Assembly: GCA_902385255.1 (NCBI GenBank)
Contig: CABMEV010000013.1
Location: 14,047-78,046 of the forward strand
Origin: Candidatus Tiddalikarchaeum anstoanum
Lineage (GTDB): Archaea; Nanobdellota; Nanobdellia; Tiddalikarchaeales; Tiddalikarchaeaceae
Length of the DNA: 64,000 bases
Reading direction: 5' to 3'
In this document: in pieces, positions 37,232-46,618 of the stretch
How the letters are laid out: each line of letters begins with the position of its first letter
Position numbering within the stretch: position 1 is the stretch's first letter
Notes under the pieces: model-generated
What the model saw: the letters and a program-made list of their open reading frames with translations, nothing else
Databases searched by the model: none
Told to the model about the DNA's origin: nothing
Program-made: the position numbers and the translations under genes

Positions 37232-38050
37232 ATGAAAGGCACAGTTTATTCAATAAAAGGTGAAAAAGAAGGAGAATTAGAACTCCCAGCTCAGTTTAGC
37301 GAAGACTATCAACCAGTAATAATCACAAGAGCATTCAACGCGAACATGTCACAAACATACATGCACAAAGGCTTAGACATATTCGCAGGATTCAAACATG
37401 TAACAAGAACTTCAAAGAGAAGAAGAAAATTCAGAACAACATACGGTTATGGAATCAGCAGAACCCCAAGAAAAATGATGAGCAGAAGAGGAACAAGATT
37501 CAACTGGGTTTCAACACTCGCGCCTAACACAAGGGGAGGAAGAGTTGCACACCCGCCAATGGTTGAGAAAGTCTTTGAAGACAAAATAAACAGGAAGGAA
37601 AACCTGCTTGCAATAAGAAGCGCAATAGCTGCAACAATAAACAAAAAATTAGTGTCAGAAAGAGGCCACAAATTCGAAGCAGCAAATTTCCCATTAATAA
37701 TTGACGGTGCTGAAAAAATATCAAAAACAAAGGAAGTAAAACAATTACTTGAAAAAATCGGACTCGGAAAAGACCTTGAACGCTCAAGCAAGAAAACACT
37801 AAGAAGCGGAGTTGGAAAGATGAGGGGCAGAAAATACAGCACTAGAAAAGGTCCATTAATAATCACCAGCGCAAAAAACCCATTATTAAAAGCAGCTCTC
37901 GGACTTCAGGGTGTTGAAGCAATACCTGTAAACAACCTGAACGTAACAATGCTCGCTCCCGGAGGAAAAGCAGGGAGATTAACAGTATGGACCAAAGAAG
38001 CAATTAATGTATTATCACAAAAGAAATTATTCACAGGTGAAAAAGCATGA
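37232..38050 (+). CDS. rpl4: 50S ribosomal protein L4 (uL4/L1e)
   Basis: 272 aa. ...ISRTPRKMMSRRGTRFNWVSTLAPNTRGGRVAHPP...; operon position. Confidence 0.93.
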   Translation: MKGTVYSIKGEKEGELELPAQFSEDYQPVIITRAFNANMSQTYMHKGLDIFAGFKHVTRTSKRRRKFRTTYGYGISRTPRKMMSRRGTRFNWVSTLAPNTRGGRVAHPPMVEKVFEDKINRKENLLAIRSAIAATINKKLVSERGHKFEAANFPLIIDGAEKISKTKEVKQLLEKIGLGKDLERSSKKTLRSGVGKMRGRKYSTRKGPLIITSAKNPLLKAALGLQGVEAIPVNNLNVTMLAPGGKAGRLTVWTKEAINVLSQKKLFTGEKA

Positions 38051-38304
38051 AGGATTATGACGTGTTAATAAACCCATTAACCACTGAAAAAAGCGTAAGG
38101 CTGATGGAATCACAGAACAAATTAGTATTCGTAGTCTCGCCAAAAAGCACAAAATTAGAAGTTAAGAAAGCAGTGGAAACAATGTTCAACGTCAAAGTTG
38201 AAAAAGTGAATACTCAAATACAGAAAGGAAGGAAAGTTGCACTGATAACATTAGGCGCAGATTTCAGCGCAATGGACATTGCAACTAAGTTAGGAATACT
38301 ATAA
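38047..38304 (+). CDS. rpl23: 50S ribosomal protein L23 (uL23)
   Basis: 85 aa. INPLTTEKSVRLMESQNKLVFVV...KVEKVNT. 4-nt overlap with rpl4. Confidence 0.92.
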   Translation: MKDYDVLINPLTTEKSVRLMESQNKLVFVVSPKSTKLEVKKAVETMFNVKVEKVNTQIQKGRKVALITLGADFSAMDIATKLGIL

Positions 38305-38314
38305 AGGTGAAAAT

Positions 38315-39040
38315 ATGCCAAAAAGAATGATTCAGCGAAGAAGAGGAAAAGGGACAAGCAGATTCAGAAGCCCCGGACATAGATTTATCGGAGCAATTTC
38401 AATAAGACAATATGATAATATAGAGAAGACAGGTGCTGCTAAAGGAGTAGTAAAGGAGTTATACATAGATGTTGGAAAAAACGCACCAATGCTTAAAGTA
38501 ATATTCAATAATAAGGATACATGCTTATATCCCGCACCTTTCGGAATCGTTGAAGGAAGCACAGTTGAAAGCGGAATAAACAGCGCAATAAAAGACGGCA
38601 ACATACTGCCTCTCGGAAAAATCCCTGACGGAACAAATATTTACTGCATCGAGCAGCACCCAGGAACAGGGCCATTATTTGTAAGAACCAGCGGTTCATC
38701 AGCAAAGATATTATCACATGACGTTAACGGCGTAACTGTACAGATGCCTAGCAAGAAAACAGTAGTTTTCCAGGCTGACTGCAGAGCAATAGTTGGAAAA
38801 ATAAGCGGCAGCGGAAGAAAAGAGAAGCCATTTGTTAAAGCATCAGCAAAGAGATTTGCAAAGTTTGCAAGGAATAAGTTCCACGCAAGGGTAAAAGGTA
38901 CTGTCATGAATGCAGGAGTGCACCCTCACGGTGGAGGACAGAGACGTAGAAGAAAGAACTATTCAGTAAGTCATAACGCACCTCCAGGAGCAAAGGTAGG
39001 TTCAATAAGTCCAAGAAGAACAGGCAGAAGGAATAAGTAG
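38315..39040 (+). CDS. rpl2: 50S ribosomal protein L2 (uL2)
   Basis: 241 aa. GTVMNAGVHPHGGGQRRR motif. AGGTGA SD upstream. Confidence 0.96.
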   Translation: MPKRMIQRRRGKGTSRFRSPGHRFIGAISIRQYDNIEKTGAAKGVVKELYIDVGKNAPMLKVIFNNKDTCLYPAPFGIVEGSTVESGINSAIKDGNILPLGKIPDGTNIYCIEQHPGTGPLFVRTSGSSAKILSHDVNGVTVQMPSKKTVVFQADCRAIVGKISGSGRKEKPFVKASAKRFAKFARNKFHARVKGTVMNAGVHPHGGGQRRRRKNYSVSHNAPPGAKVGSISPRRTGRRNK

Positions 39041-39053
39041 GTGAAATGAAAAA

Positions 39054-39488
39054 ATGGTAGACGTTGTTGCAAAAAAAGAAACATACTATAAAGGTGTGAA
39101 AACCCAGGATTTGAATAAGATACCTAATGACCAGTTATTGAAACTAATGACCAGCCGAGCAAGAAGAAGCCTGAAAAGAGGACAAACATACGATCAAAAA
39201 TTACTAATTGGAAAAATAGACGATGCATTAAAGCTGAAAGCGGAAGGAAAAGAGTTTAAACAGATAAAGACCCACAGCCGTGACGCAATAATCATACCTA
39301 AGATGGTCGGGTTAACAATAGGAGTGCATAATGGGATAAAATTCGAGCCTATTGACATAAAACCAGAAATGGTCGGCCACTACCTTGGCGAGTTCGCGCT
39401 TACAAGAAAGAGAGTAGTACATGGAAAGAATGCAGCTGCACCTGAAGGCGGAGAAGCCGCAGCTCCTAAAGAGGAGGAGAAGAAATGA
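39054..39488 (+). CDS. rps19: 30S ribosomal protein S19 (uS19)
   Basis: 144 aa. [49 protein letters not shown]. Short [18 protein letters not shown] tail. Confidence 0.95.
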   Translation: MVDVVAKKETYYKGVKTQDLNKIPNDQLLKLMTSRARRSLKRGQTYDQKLLIGKIDDALKLKAEGKEFKQIKTHSRDAIIIPKMVGLTIGVHNGIKFEPIDIKPEMVGHYLGEFALTRKRVVHGKNAAAPEGGEAAAPKEEEKK

Positions 39489-39898
39489 AAGACACAAAAG
39501 CAGTGAAGAGTGAAGCATTAGTTAATGCCACAATGCCTATCTCAATGAAAGACACAAAGAATGTCGGAAGATGGATTAAGAAAGACAAATTAAACACAGC
39601 AATCACAAAGCTTGAAAAAGTATTAACAAAAGAGATAGCAATGCCTGTTGTCGTACACAGGTCAGGCATAGGTCCAAGAAAAGGAATAGGACCTGGAAAA
39701 TATCCTCTCAAAGTCTCAAAATTCATAGTTAAGATGTTAAAAGAATTGAAAGCAAACGCCAGAGTAAAAGGATTAGATGAAACCAAACTAGTTATTAACG
39801 AATTCATACCTAACATGGCAATAAGCAAAGAGCACAGGGGAAAATACCAGACAGGCCAGTTGACGCACTTGAAGATTGGAGTAGTGGTTGAAAAATGA
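39485..39898 (+). CDS. rpl22: 50S ribosomal protein L22 (uL22)
   Basis: 137 aa, with operon position and an [29 protein letters not shown] pattern. Confidence 0.9.
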   Translation: MKDTKAVKSEALVNATMPISMKDTKNVGRWIKKDKLNTAITKLEKVLTKEIAMPVVVHRSGIGPRKGIGPGKYPLKVSKFIVKMLKELKANARVKGLDETKLVINEFIPNMAISKEHRGKYQTGQLTHLKIGVVVEK

Positions 39899-40779
39899 TT
39901 GAGAGAAAATTCATAAAAGAAAAAATGAACGACCTGAAAATACAGACATACTTAGCTTCAGTGTTCAAAAACAGCAGCTACTCACATACAATAATACAAA
40001 AGACTCCACTTGGAGAGAAACTAATAGTATACAGCGCCAAGCCGGGATTAATAGTCGGAAAAGGAGGAGTAACATTAAAAGGAGTAATTAGCAACCTGAA
40101 AAAAGATTACGGATTACAAAGTCCTCAGATAGAAGTGCAAGAAGTAGCAGTAGCAGACCTCGACCCGAACATAGTGGCAGAAAGGGTTGCTGACGAACTG
40201 ATTAGACTTGGAAAAACAAGATTCAAATTTGTAGGGCACAACGCAACTCAAAGAGTGATGAATGCAGGTGCTATGGGAGTAGAAGTTAAGATAAGCGGAC
40301 AAATCCCTTCAAAAAGAGCTAAAGCCTGGAGATTCCTTGAAGGATACCTTCCAAAAACAGGAGAGCCTTCAGATAAACAAGTAAAAGAAGGATTCAGAGT
40401 AGCTCAGCAAAAACTAGGATCAATAGGAGTGACAGTAAGAATACTGCCTCCAAACACAATACTACCAGACACTGTAATAATAATACCAACAGTAAAGGAA
40501 GCTGTAAAAACACCACTACCTGCTGTTGAACCTGTAAAAGCAGAAAAGAAAGAGGAGAAAATTGAGGAGAAAGCTGAACAGAAAATAGAGAAGAAAGAAA
40601 AAAACGAGCCTGAATTTTCAGAAATATCAAAAGAGCTGGAAGCAGAAATCGAACAAGACATACTCAAACAATTCAATATCAAAAAAGAAGCCAAGAAAGA
40701 AGAGGTAAAAGAAGAGCACAAAGAAGCAAAGAAGGAAGAGGAAAAAACCGCAAAGAAAAAGAAGGAAGAAGTGAAATAA
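39895..40779 (+). CDS. rps3: 30S ribosomal protein S3 (uS3) with ~90-aa Lys/Glu-rich C-terminal extension
   Basis: 294 aa. KH domain (AKPGLIVGKGGVTLKGV). The conserved core ends at about residue 200. The tail is KAEKKEEKIEEKAEQKIEKKEK...KEEHKEAKKEEEKTAKKKKEEVK. Confidence 0.93.
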   Translation: MIERKFIKEKMNDLKIQTYLASVFKNSSYSHTIIQKTPLGEKLIVYSAKPGLIVGKGGVTLKGVISNLKKDYGLQSPQIEVQEVAVADLDPNIVAERVADELIRLGKTRFKFVGHNATQRVMNAGAMGVEVKISGQIPSKRAKAWRFLEGYLPKTGEPSDKQVKEGFRVAQQKLGSIGVTVRILPPNTILPDTVIIIPTVKEAVKTPLPAVEPVKAEKKEEKIEEKAEQKIEKKEKNEPEFSEISKELEAEIEQDILKQFNIKKEAKKEEVKEEHKEAKKEEEKTAKKKKEEVK

Positions 40780-40780
40780 A

Positions 40781-40984
40781 ATGCCAGCAATGAAATTCAA
40801 AGATTTGAAAGCAATGGGAACAGACAAACTTAATGAAAAAATGGCAGAAATAAAAAAAGAGCTCATGAAAGTAAATACTCAAATAGCAAGCAAACAAAAC
40901 CCTGACAAGCCAGGAAGAATAAAAGGGTACAAGAAATCAATCGCGCAGATAAAAATGATAAAACAAGTAAGAGGTGAAAAATAA
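40781..40984 (+). CDS. rpl29: 50S ribosomal protein L29 (uL29)
   Basis: 67 aa. MKFKDLKAMGTDKLNEKMAEIKKELMKV pattern; operon position. Confidence 0.9.
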   Translation: MPAMKFKDLKAMGTDKLNEKMAEIKKELMKVNTQIASKQNPDKPGRIKGYKKSIAQIKMIKQVRGEK

Positions 40985-40988
40985 AAGT

Positions 40989-41294
40989 ATGGATGTATGC
41001 CTGAAGTGTGGCTTACCTAAAGATTTGTGCGTTTGCGAAACCATAGCAATGGAGCAACAGAAAATCGTGGTTTCAGACATACAAAAAAAGTTTCAAAAAC
41101 ACGTCACACTCGTTGAAGGCTTAGACGAAAAAAGAATTGACATCCAGAAAATAACCAAACTGCTCAAACAAAAACTTGCATGCGGAGGAACATCAAAAGG
41201 AGGAATAATAGAACTACAAGGAAGGCATGCGAAAAAAGTTGTTGAACTCCTTGCAGAACAAGGATTTCCAAAAGAGAGCATAGAGATTAAATGA
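40989..41294 (+). CDS. translation initiation factor aSUI1 (eIF1 homologue)
   Basis: MDVCLKCGLPKDLCVCE zinc-knuckle N-terminus, KLACGGTSKGGIIELQGRH SUI1 core. ATG 40989 preferred over GTG 40974 (GGTGA SD at 40972). Confidence 0.88.
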   Translation: MDVCLKCGLPKDLCVCETIAMEQQKIVVSDIQKKFQKHVTLVEGLDEKRIDIQKITKLLKQKLACGGTSKGGIIELQGRHAKKVVELLAEQGFPKESIEIK

Positions 41295-41581
41295 TCACAA
41301 GCAAGAACATACTCAACCATGAATTAATCGGACTGACAGCAAAAGTAACAAACACTCCGATTGAAGGAGTAATCATGGATGAGTCAAAGAACACGATAAT
41401 CATAAGGCATGAAAAAAAAGACAAGAGAGTGCCCAAGAAAGGGCATGAATTCGTGCTGAAACTCACAGATGGAACGTTCAAAGTGAACGGCGATGTGATA
41501 ACACAAAGGCCGTTTGAACGTTTAAAAAGACAATATAAGGTGAACAATAGATGGGAAAAAACATTGGTATCCAAGGCATAG
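41291..41581 (+). CDS. rnp1: RNase P protein component 1 (Rpp29/Pop4)
   Basis: 96 aa. NHELIGLTAKVTNTPIEGVIMDESKNTIII...KVNGDVITQRPFERLK. Canonical position before S17. Confidence 0.88.
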   Translation: MITSKNILNHELIGLTAKVTNTPIEGVIMDESKNTIIIRHEKKDKRVPKKGHEFVLKLTDGTFKVNGDVITQRPFERLKRQYKVNNRWEKTLVSKA

Positions 41582-41880
41582 AAATGCCAAAAGAAAGTTG
41601 TACTGACAAGAACTGTCCTTTTCACGGAAGTCTCAAAGTACGAGGAAGAATATTCAAAGGTAGAGTAGTTAGCGATAAGATGACTAAAGGAATTATAATG
41701 GAGTTTGAACGAATGTACAGGCTTCCAAAGTATGAAAGATTTGCAAAGAAGAGAGTAAGGATTAAGGCTCAAAATCCTCCTTGCATAAATGCAAAAACAG
41801 GAGATAATGTAGTAATAGGCGAGTGCAGAAGGATATCAAAAACGAAAAGTTTTGTAGTGCTTAAAAAAGGTGAAAAATAA
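41551..41880 (+). CDS. rps17: 30S ribosomal protein S17 (uS17)
   Basis: 109 aa. NIGIQGIEMPKESCTDKNCPFHGSLKVRGRIFKGRVVS. The conserved N-terminus supports the 31-nt overlap with rnp1. Confidence 0.92.
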   Translation: MGKNIGIQGIEMPKESCTDKNCPFHGSLKVRGRIFKGRVVSDKMTKGIIMEFERMYRLPKYERFAKKRVRIKAQNPPCINAKTGDNVVIGECRRISKTKSFVVLKKGEK

Positions 41881-41883
41881 AAA

Positions 41884-42285
41884 ATGAAAGCAGTAAAATG
41901 CAGCATAAGTCGTGCAATACCAACAAATTCGAGAATGGTAGTAGCTGATAACAGCGGTGCCAAGATAGCAAAACTTGTAGCACTTATAGGCGGAAAGACA
42001 ACCCGAAGAAGAAGATTCGAAGCTGCAGTTGGAGACTTAGTATGCGTTGACGTAATTGAAGGAAGTCCTGATCTTAGAAAGAAAATAGTAAATGCAATAA
42101 TTATAAGACAAAAAAGGCCTTACAGGCGACTCGACGGTACAAGGATAAGATTTGAAGATAATGCCTGTGTAATAGTAAAAACATTAGAAGGGGAGCCAAA
42201 AGGAACAGTAGTGAAAGGGCCGGTTGCAAGAGAAGTAGTCGAACGCTTCTCAAAGATTGGAAAAATAAGCAGTATAGTGGTGTAA
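41884..42285 (+). CDS. rpl14: 50S ribosomal protein L14 (uL14)
   Basis: 133 aa. NSRMVVADNSGAKIAKLV...RFEDNACVIV pattern. Confidence 0.95.
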   Translation: MKAVKCSISRAIPTNSRMVVADNSGAKIAKLVALIGGKTTRRRRFEAAVGDLVCVDVIEGSPDLRKKIVNAIIIRQKRPYRRLDGTRIRFEDNACVIVKTLEGEPKGTVVKGPVAREVVERFSKIGKISSIVV

Positions 42286-42292
42286 AAAAAAC

Positions 42293-42682
42293 ATGAAAAA
42301 AGAATTTTCAAAAAAATGGAATAGCAGCATACAGCCTAGAAAGCAGAGAAAATATTTACATAACGCTCCAATTCACGTAAGAAGAAGTATAATGAAATGC
42401 AACTTGACCAAGGACTTGAGGAAAAAATTCGGTGTGAGAAACATGACAGTCAGAAAAGGGGACACTGTTAAGATATTAAGAGGAGACTTCAAGGGAAGAA
42501 CAGAGAAAGTGGAGAAAGTCAACAGGAAAGACTACAAACTTTACCTGAGCAATGTATTTAATGAGAAGAAAGACGGGACAAAAGTTAAATACCCTGTTTA
42601 TTACTCAAACGTTCGAATAACTGAGTTAGAATTGTCAGACAAGAAGAGAATACCCGCCAAGAAAGAGAAGGTGACTAAATAA
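42293..42682 (+). CDS. rpl24: 50S ribosomal protein L24 (uL24)
   Basis: 129 aa. KOW motif VRKGDTVKILRGDFKGRTEKVEKV. Confidence 0.92.
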   Translation: MKKEFSKKWNSSIQPRKQRKYLHNAPIHVRRSIMKCNLTKDLRKKFGVRNMTVRKGDTVKILRGDFKGRTEKVEKVNRKDYKLYLSNVFNEKKDGTKVKYPVYYSNVRITELELSDKKRIPAKKEKVTK

Positions 42683-43392
42683 TGCATTTAAAAAGATTAA
42701 ACACGCCAAAAAGATGGAATATTGCAAAAAAAACTGAAGTATTCATCGCAAAACCATTGCCAGGACCTCATTCAAAAGAGTCATCAATACCTTTGATAGT
42801 GTTATTAAAAGACCATTTGAAACTGATTTCAACAAGAAAAGAATGTAAAGGGCTGTTATTAAGCAAGAAGATATTAGTGGATAATTTACCTGTATCAGAT
42901 CCTAATTTCCCAGTCGGACTATTTGATGTAATATCAGTACCCGATTATAATATGTACTATAGAATATTATTCGACTATAAAGGATGGCTTATTACAAAAA
43001 GCATCGATAAGAAAGAGGCGCAAATTAAGCCTTACAAGATAGTGCAGAAAACAAGGATTAAAGGCAAAAAATTACAGATAAACTGTACAAGCGGAAAGAA
43101 CCTTTTAACAGCGGAGAAAAATTATAAAGTAGGAGATACGCTGCTTGTGGACTTATCAACAAAGAAGATAGTCAAGCACCTACCTTTAAAGGAAGGCAGT
43201 TTCGTATTCGTGTCAGACGGAACTCACGCAGGAGAGACGGCGACAGTAACAGGATTCAGGGAATTCAAAGGCGGCATGCCTGACAGAGTAATGCTCAAAA
43301 ATGATAAAGGATTGAAATACGAAACAGCGCAGGATTATGCATTCGTAGTCGGAGAAAAAAACAGTGAAATATTATTAGGAGAGAAAAAATGA
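42682..43392 (+). CDS. rps4e: 30S ribosomal protein S4e (eS4)
   Basis: 236 aa. MHLKRLNTPKRWNIAKK...PGPHSKESSIPL. S4 and KOW domains. Confidence 0.95.
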   Translation: MHLKRLNTPKRWNIAKKTEVFIAKPLPGPHSKESSIPLIVLLKDHLKLISTRKECKGLLLSKKILVDNLPVSDPNFPVGLFDVISVPDYNMYYRILFDYKGWLITKSIDKKEAQIKPYKIVQKTRIKGKKLQINCTSGKNLLTAEKNYKVGDTLLVDLSTKKIVKHLPLKEGSFVFVSDGTHAGETATVTGFREFKGGMPDRVMLKNDKGLKYETAQDYAFVVGEKNSEILLGEKK

Positions 43393-43904
43393 CTGACAAA
43401 ATTAACCCCATGAGAGAAGTTAGAATTGAAAAAGTTACACTGAACATTGGAGTAGGCGAACCTGGAGACAAATTAGAAAGCGCATTCAAACTGCTTGAAA
43501 GGCTGACTGAGAGAAAACCTGTACGCACATCAACAAAAAAGAGAATACCAAAATGGAACGTAAGGCCAGGCCTGATATTGGGAGTTAAAGTCAATATAAG
43601 AAGAGATTATGATAAATTGCTGAAAAGACTACTCGGAGCTGTTGATTTCAACCTTAAAAAATCAAATTTCGACGACAGCGGCAACGTCAGTTTCGGAATT
43701 GACGAATACATACACATACCTGAAATAAAATACGACCCTAAAATGCCAATGTTCGGAATGAACGTCACGATAACTCTTGAAAGAAGAGGTTACAGGATTA
43801 AAAGGAGAAGACTAATGAGAAAACCAATCGGCGAAGCTCATAAGGTAACCCAAGAAGATGCAATTAACTTTATGAAAGAGAAGTACGGAGTTGTAGTAGC
43901 ATGA
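43389..43904 (+). CDS. rpl5: 50S ribosomal protein L5 (uL5)
   Basis: 171 aa. NPMREVRIEKVTLNIGVGE...FGIDEYIHIPEIKYDP. Confidence 0.95.
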   Translation: MTDKINPMREVRIEKVTLNIGVGEPGDKLESAFKLLERLTERKPVRTSTKKRIPKWNVRPGLILGVKVNIRRDYDKLLKRLLGAVDFNLKKSNFDDSGNVSFGIDEYIHIPEIKYDPKMPMFGMNVTITLERRGYRIKRRRLMRKPIGEAHKVTQEDAINFMKEKYGVVVA

Positions 43905-44128
43905 CTGCAAAATTTTGGAAAAAATCATTCAAGAACTCTGAACACAAGCCTGGAAAGATGGCCAGAATATTAAAGTGCAACAAGCCAAAAGTAAGAAAGT
44001 ACGGAAGAGGATTAAGAATATGCTCTATCTGTCTAAGAAGAGGGGCTCATATAAGGAGGTATGGCCTTCACGTGTGCAGACAATGTTTTAGAGATATTGC
44101 ACTATCAATAGGATTCGAAAAATATTAG
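43901..44128 (+). CDS. rps14: 30S ribosomal protein S14 (uS14, zinc-binding type)
   Basis: C-x2-C...C-x2-C (CSICLRRGAHIRRYGLHVCRQCFR). 4-nt overlap with rpl5. An internal ATG at 43958 would give the more usual ~56 aa. Confidence 0.88.
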   Translation: MTAKFWKKSFKNSEHKPGKMARILKCNKPKVRKYGRGLRICSICLRRGAHIRRYGLHVCRQCFRDIALSIGFEKY

Positions 44129-44137
44129 GTGAAAAAA

Positions 44138-44527
44138 ATGAGACATGACTTACTCGCAGATGCATTATCTGTCATAAATAACGCTGAAAAAGCAGGAAAA
44201 ACAAGCTGTACTATAACGCCTGTATCTAAATTTGTCAGGCAAGTCCTTGACATCTTCAAAAAAGAAGGATACATAACAGGATATGAGTACACAGACAACA
44301 AAAGAGGAGGAGTAATAGTAGTACAACTAGCAGGCAAGATAAACAAGACAGGGTCTGTAAAGCCAAGATTTTCAAGCAAAAAAGACGAACTTGAAAAATT
44401 TGAAAAAAGATACCTCCCTTCAAAAGATTTCGGATTCATAATAATCTCAACACCCAAAGGGCTCATTACACACATAGAAGCTGAAGAGAAACAAACAGGG
44501 GGAAAAATTATAGCATACGTCTATTAA
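44138..44527 (+). CDS. rps8: 30S ribosomal protein S8 (uS8)
   Basis: MRHDLLADALSVINNAEKAGK is a typical N-terminus. ATG 44138 is preceded by a GGTGA SD; the track ORF starts at GTG 44129. Confidence 0.93.
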   Translation: MRHDLLADALSVINNAEKAGKTSCTITPVSKFVRQVLDIFKKEGYITGYEYTDNKRGGVIVVQLAGKINKTGSVKPRFSSKKDELEKFEKRYLPSKDFGFIIISTPKGLITHIEAEEKQTGGKIIAYVY

Positions 44528-44545
44528 AGACTTGGTGAAAAAAAT

Positions 44546-45076
44546 ATGGAAGCAAAAGTAAAAATCAGTGAAGGAGTGAGTATAGAAAAGAAAGGCAGCA
44601 CTCTGATATTCAAAAAAGGACAGGCAACTATACAGAGAACACTGTCAAACCCAATAATAGACATTAAAATCGAAAAAGGCAACGTTGTAATAAGTTCAAA
44701 ACTGGAAAATAGAAACGCCAAAAAATTAGTTAATACATTCGAGTCACACATCCACAACATGATAAGAGGATTAGAAAAGCCTTTTGTTTACAAGATGAAA
44801 ATCTGCTCATCACACTTCCCTATGAGTGTTAAGGTCGAAGGGGAAAAAGTAATAATATCAAACTTTGTAGGAGAGAAAAAACCCCGATTTGCAAGGATAA
44901 TAAGGGGCGCAAAAGTTGAAGTAAGCAAAGAAGGAATAGTTTCAATATCAAGCCCGGACATAGAAGCCGCCGGACTAACAGTAGGAAATATAGAAAATGC
45001 AACAAGAGTGACTTACAGGGACAGACGAATACTGCAGGATGGAATATTCATAATAGAAAAACCGGAGAAGAAGTAA
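44546..45076 (+). CDS. rpl6: 50S ribosomal protein L6 (uL6)
   Basis: 176 aa. Two-domain L6 pattern and operon position. Confidence 0.92.
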   Translation: MEAKVKISEGVSIEKKGSTLIFKKGQATIQRTLSNPIIDIKIEKGNVVISSKLENRNAKKLVNTFESHIHNMIRGLEKPFVYKMKICSSHFPMSVKVEGEKVIISNFVGEKKPRFARIIRGAKVEVSKEGIVSISSPDIEAAGLTVGNIENATRVTYRDRRILQDGIFIIEKPEKK

Positions 45077-45082
45077 AAAAAT

Positions 45083-45664
45083 ATGACAACAGATTTGCTA
45101 GCTATTAAAAAAATAATCAAAAAGAAGACGCCTAACTTTAGAAGGCAAGACCAGTACATGGTGAAGCTGCCTGAAAATTGGAGAAGACCAAGAGGACACG
45201 CTTCGAAAGTGAGAACACAAAAGAAAGGAAAAATAAGAAGACCTAATGTTGGTTACAGAACTCCAGTAATCCTAAGGGGGCTTGATGCAAAAGGGAAACA
45301 GATGGTGACAATAACAAACGTTGAGGACCTAAAGCAGTTAAACGACAAAGTAATAGGTGTAGTATCTGCGAATCTAGGGTTAAAGAAGAGAGAAGTAATC
45401 GCGAAAGCAGCAATAGGCAAAAAATACATATTTACAAATTTCAAACCTGAAACAATCATTAAAAAAGTAGAGGCGCTAAAAAACGCATCGCAAAAGAAGA
45501 AAGAGAAAAAGAAGGAAGAAAAAGAATCAAAGAAAACAGAAGTCAAAGAGGAGAAAAAAGAAGAACAGGTAAAGCCTTCAAAGCCGGTAAAAGCGCCGCA
45601 GCCTCCTGAAAAATTAATAAAAACTGCAAGACCACAAAAGCCAAGAAAAGGTGATGTAGAATGA
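45083..45664 (+). CDS. rpl32e: 50S ribosomal protein L32e (eL32) with ~65-aa Lys/Glu/Pro-rich C-terminal extension
   Basis: 193 aa. NFRRQDQYMVKLPENWRRPRGHASKVR core. Tail QKKKEKKKEEKESKKTEVKEEKKEEQVKPSKPVKAPQPPEK... Confidence 0.9.
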   Translation: MTTDLLAIKKIIKKKTPNFRRQDQYMVKLPENWRRPRGHASKVRTQKKGKIRRPNVGYRTPVILRGLDAKGKQMVTITNVEDLKQLNDKVIGVVSANLGLKKREVIAKAAIGKKYIFTNFKPETIIKKVEALKNASQKKKEKKKEEKESKKTEVKEEKKEEQVKPSKPVKAPQPPEKLIKTARPQKPRKGDVE

Positions 45665-46104
45665 GTATGAAAAATCAGAAAATGTTAATTGCAAGAATGC
45701 TTAAAGGAGTAGGCAGAAGAAGGATAAAAATCAACCCTGAAAAGAAAGATGTAATAAAAGATGCAATCACAAGGGCAGACCTTCGCAGCGTCATCGGGAC
45801 AACAATACTGATAAAGAAGAAGACTGGAATAAGCAGAGGCAGAGCCAAAATAAGAAAAGAACAAACAAGAAAGGGCAGAAGAAAAGGCCCAGGAAGCAAG
45901 AAAGGTGCAAAATATTCACGAATATCAAGAAAAAGATTATGGATAAACAAGGTGCGGGTGCAGAGAGAATTCCTGAAAAACATGAAACTGAAAAACAAGA
46001 TAAAAAAAGAGGATTACAGGAAATTTTACCGCATGATAGGCGGAGGTTTCTTCAGAAGTGTAGCACACTTGAAGTTATATATCTCCAGCAAGGTAGGAAA
46101 GTGA
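45661..46104 (+). CDS. rpl19e: 50S ribosomal protein L19e (eL19)
   Basis: 147 aa. QKMLIARMLKGVGRRRIKINPE... basic helical protein; operon position. Confidence 0.92.
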   Translation: MSMKNQKMLIARMLKGVGRRRIKINPEKKDVIKDAITRADLRSVIGTTILIKKKTGISRGRAKIRKEQTRKGRRKGPGSKKGAKYSRISRKRLWINKVRVQREFLKNMKLKNKIKKEDYRKFYRMIGGGFFRSVAHLKLYISSKVGK

Positions 46105-46110
46105 TAAAAT

Positions 46111-46617
46111 ATGGCAACAGGTCCAAGGTATTCAGTACCTTATAAACGAAAAAGAATGCAGAAAACAAATTATGGAAAAAGACTAAAACTAGTGAAAGGA
46201 GAAATCCCAAGATTAGTTGTCAGAAGAAGCAATAAGAACATACTAGTGCAAATAATCAAGTTCGACATCAATGGCGACAAAACAATCACAAGCGTCACCA
46301 GTGAATCATTGAAAAAGTACGGATTCCTAAAACCTTCAAAAAACATGCCTTCAAGCTACCTGACTGGGTACTTAATAGGCAAAGTATCACTGCAAAAAAA
46401 GATTAAAAAATGCATATTAGACATTGGATTAAATGTCAGCACAAAAGGAAACAGGTTATACGCAGTGGCAAAAGGGGCAATCGATGCGGGCATGGAAGTA
46501 CCATGCGGCAAAGAAGTCATGCCTGATGAAAAAAGATTGAAAGGCGAGCACATAAAAGGATTTGATACATCAATAATAGCAGCAGTCAAGAAAAGCATTG
46601 ATGAAAAGGTGAAATAA
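46111..46617 (+). CDS. rpl18: 50S ribosomal protein L18 (uL18)
   Basis: 168 aa. GPRYSVPYKRKRMQKTNYGKRLKLV...RLVVRRSNKNILVQII. Confidence 0.94.
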   Translation: MATGPRYSVPYKRKRMQKTNYGKRLKLVKGEIPRLVVRRSNKNILVQIIKFDINGDKTITSVTSESLKKYGFLKPSKNMPSSYLTGYLIGKVSLQKKIKKCILDIGLNVSTKGNRLYAVAKGAIDAGMEVPCGKEVMPDEKRLKGEHIKGFDTSIIAAVKKSIDEKVK

Positions 46618-46618
46618 T

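Noticed and set aside
40394-40897. Cluster of antisense ORFs (72-128 aa) over the rps3 tail and rpl29
   Set aside because: They are low-complexity Ser/Phe/Leu peptides produced by the complement of AAG/GAA repeats. The sense strand encodes conserved uS3 and uL29.
41551-41581. The 31-nt overlap of rnp1 and rps17 as a possible frameshift or mis-start
   Set aside because: The overlapped codons encode NIGIQGIEMPKESCTDKNCPFHG, which matches the conserved archaeal uS17 N-terminus. The overlap is therefore real and ordinary.
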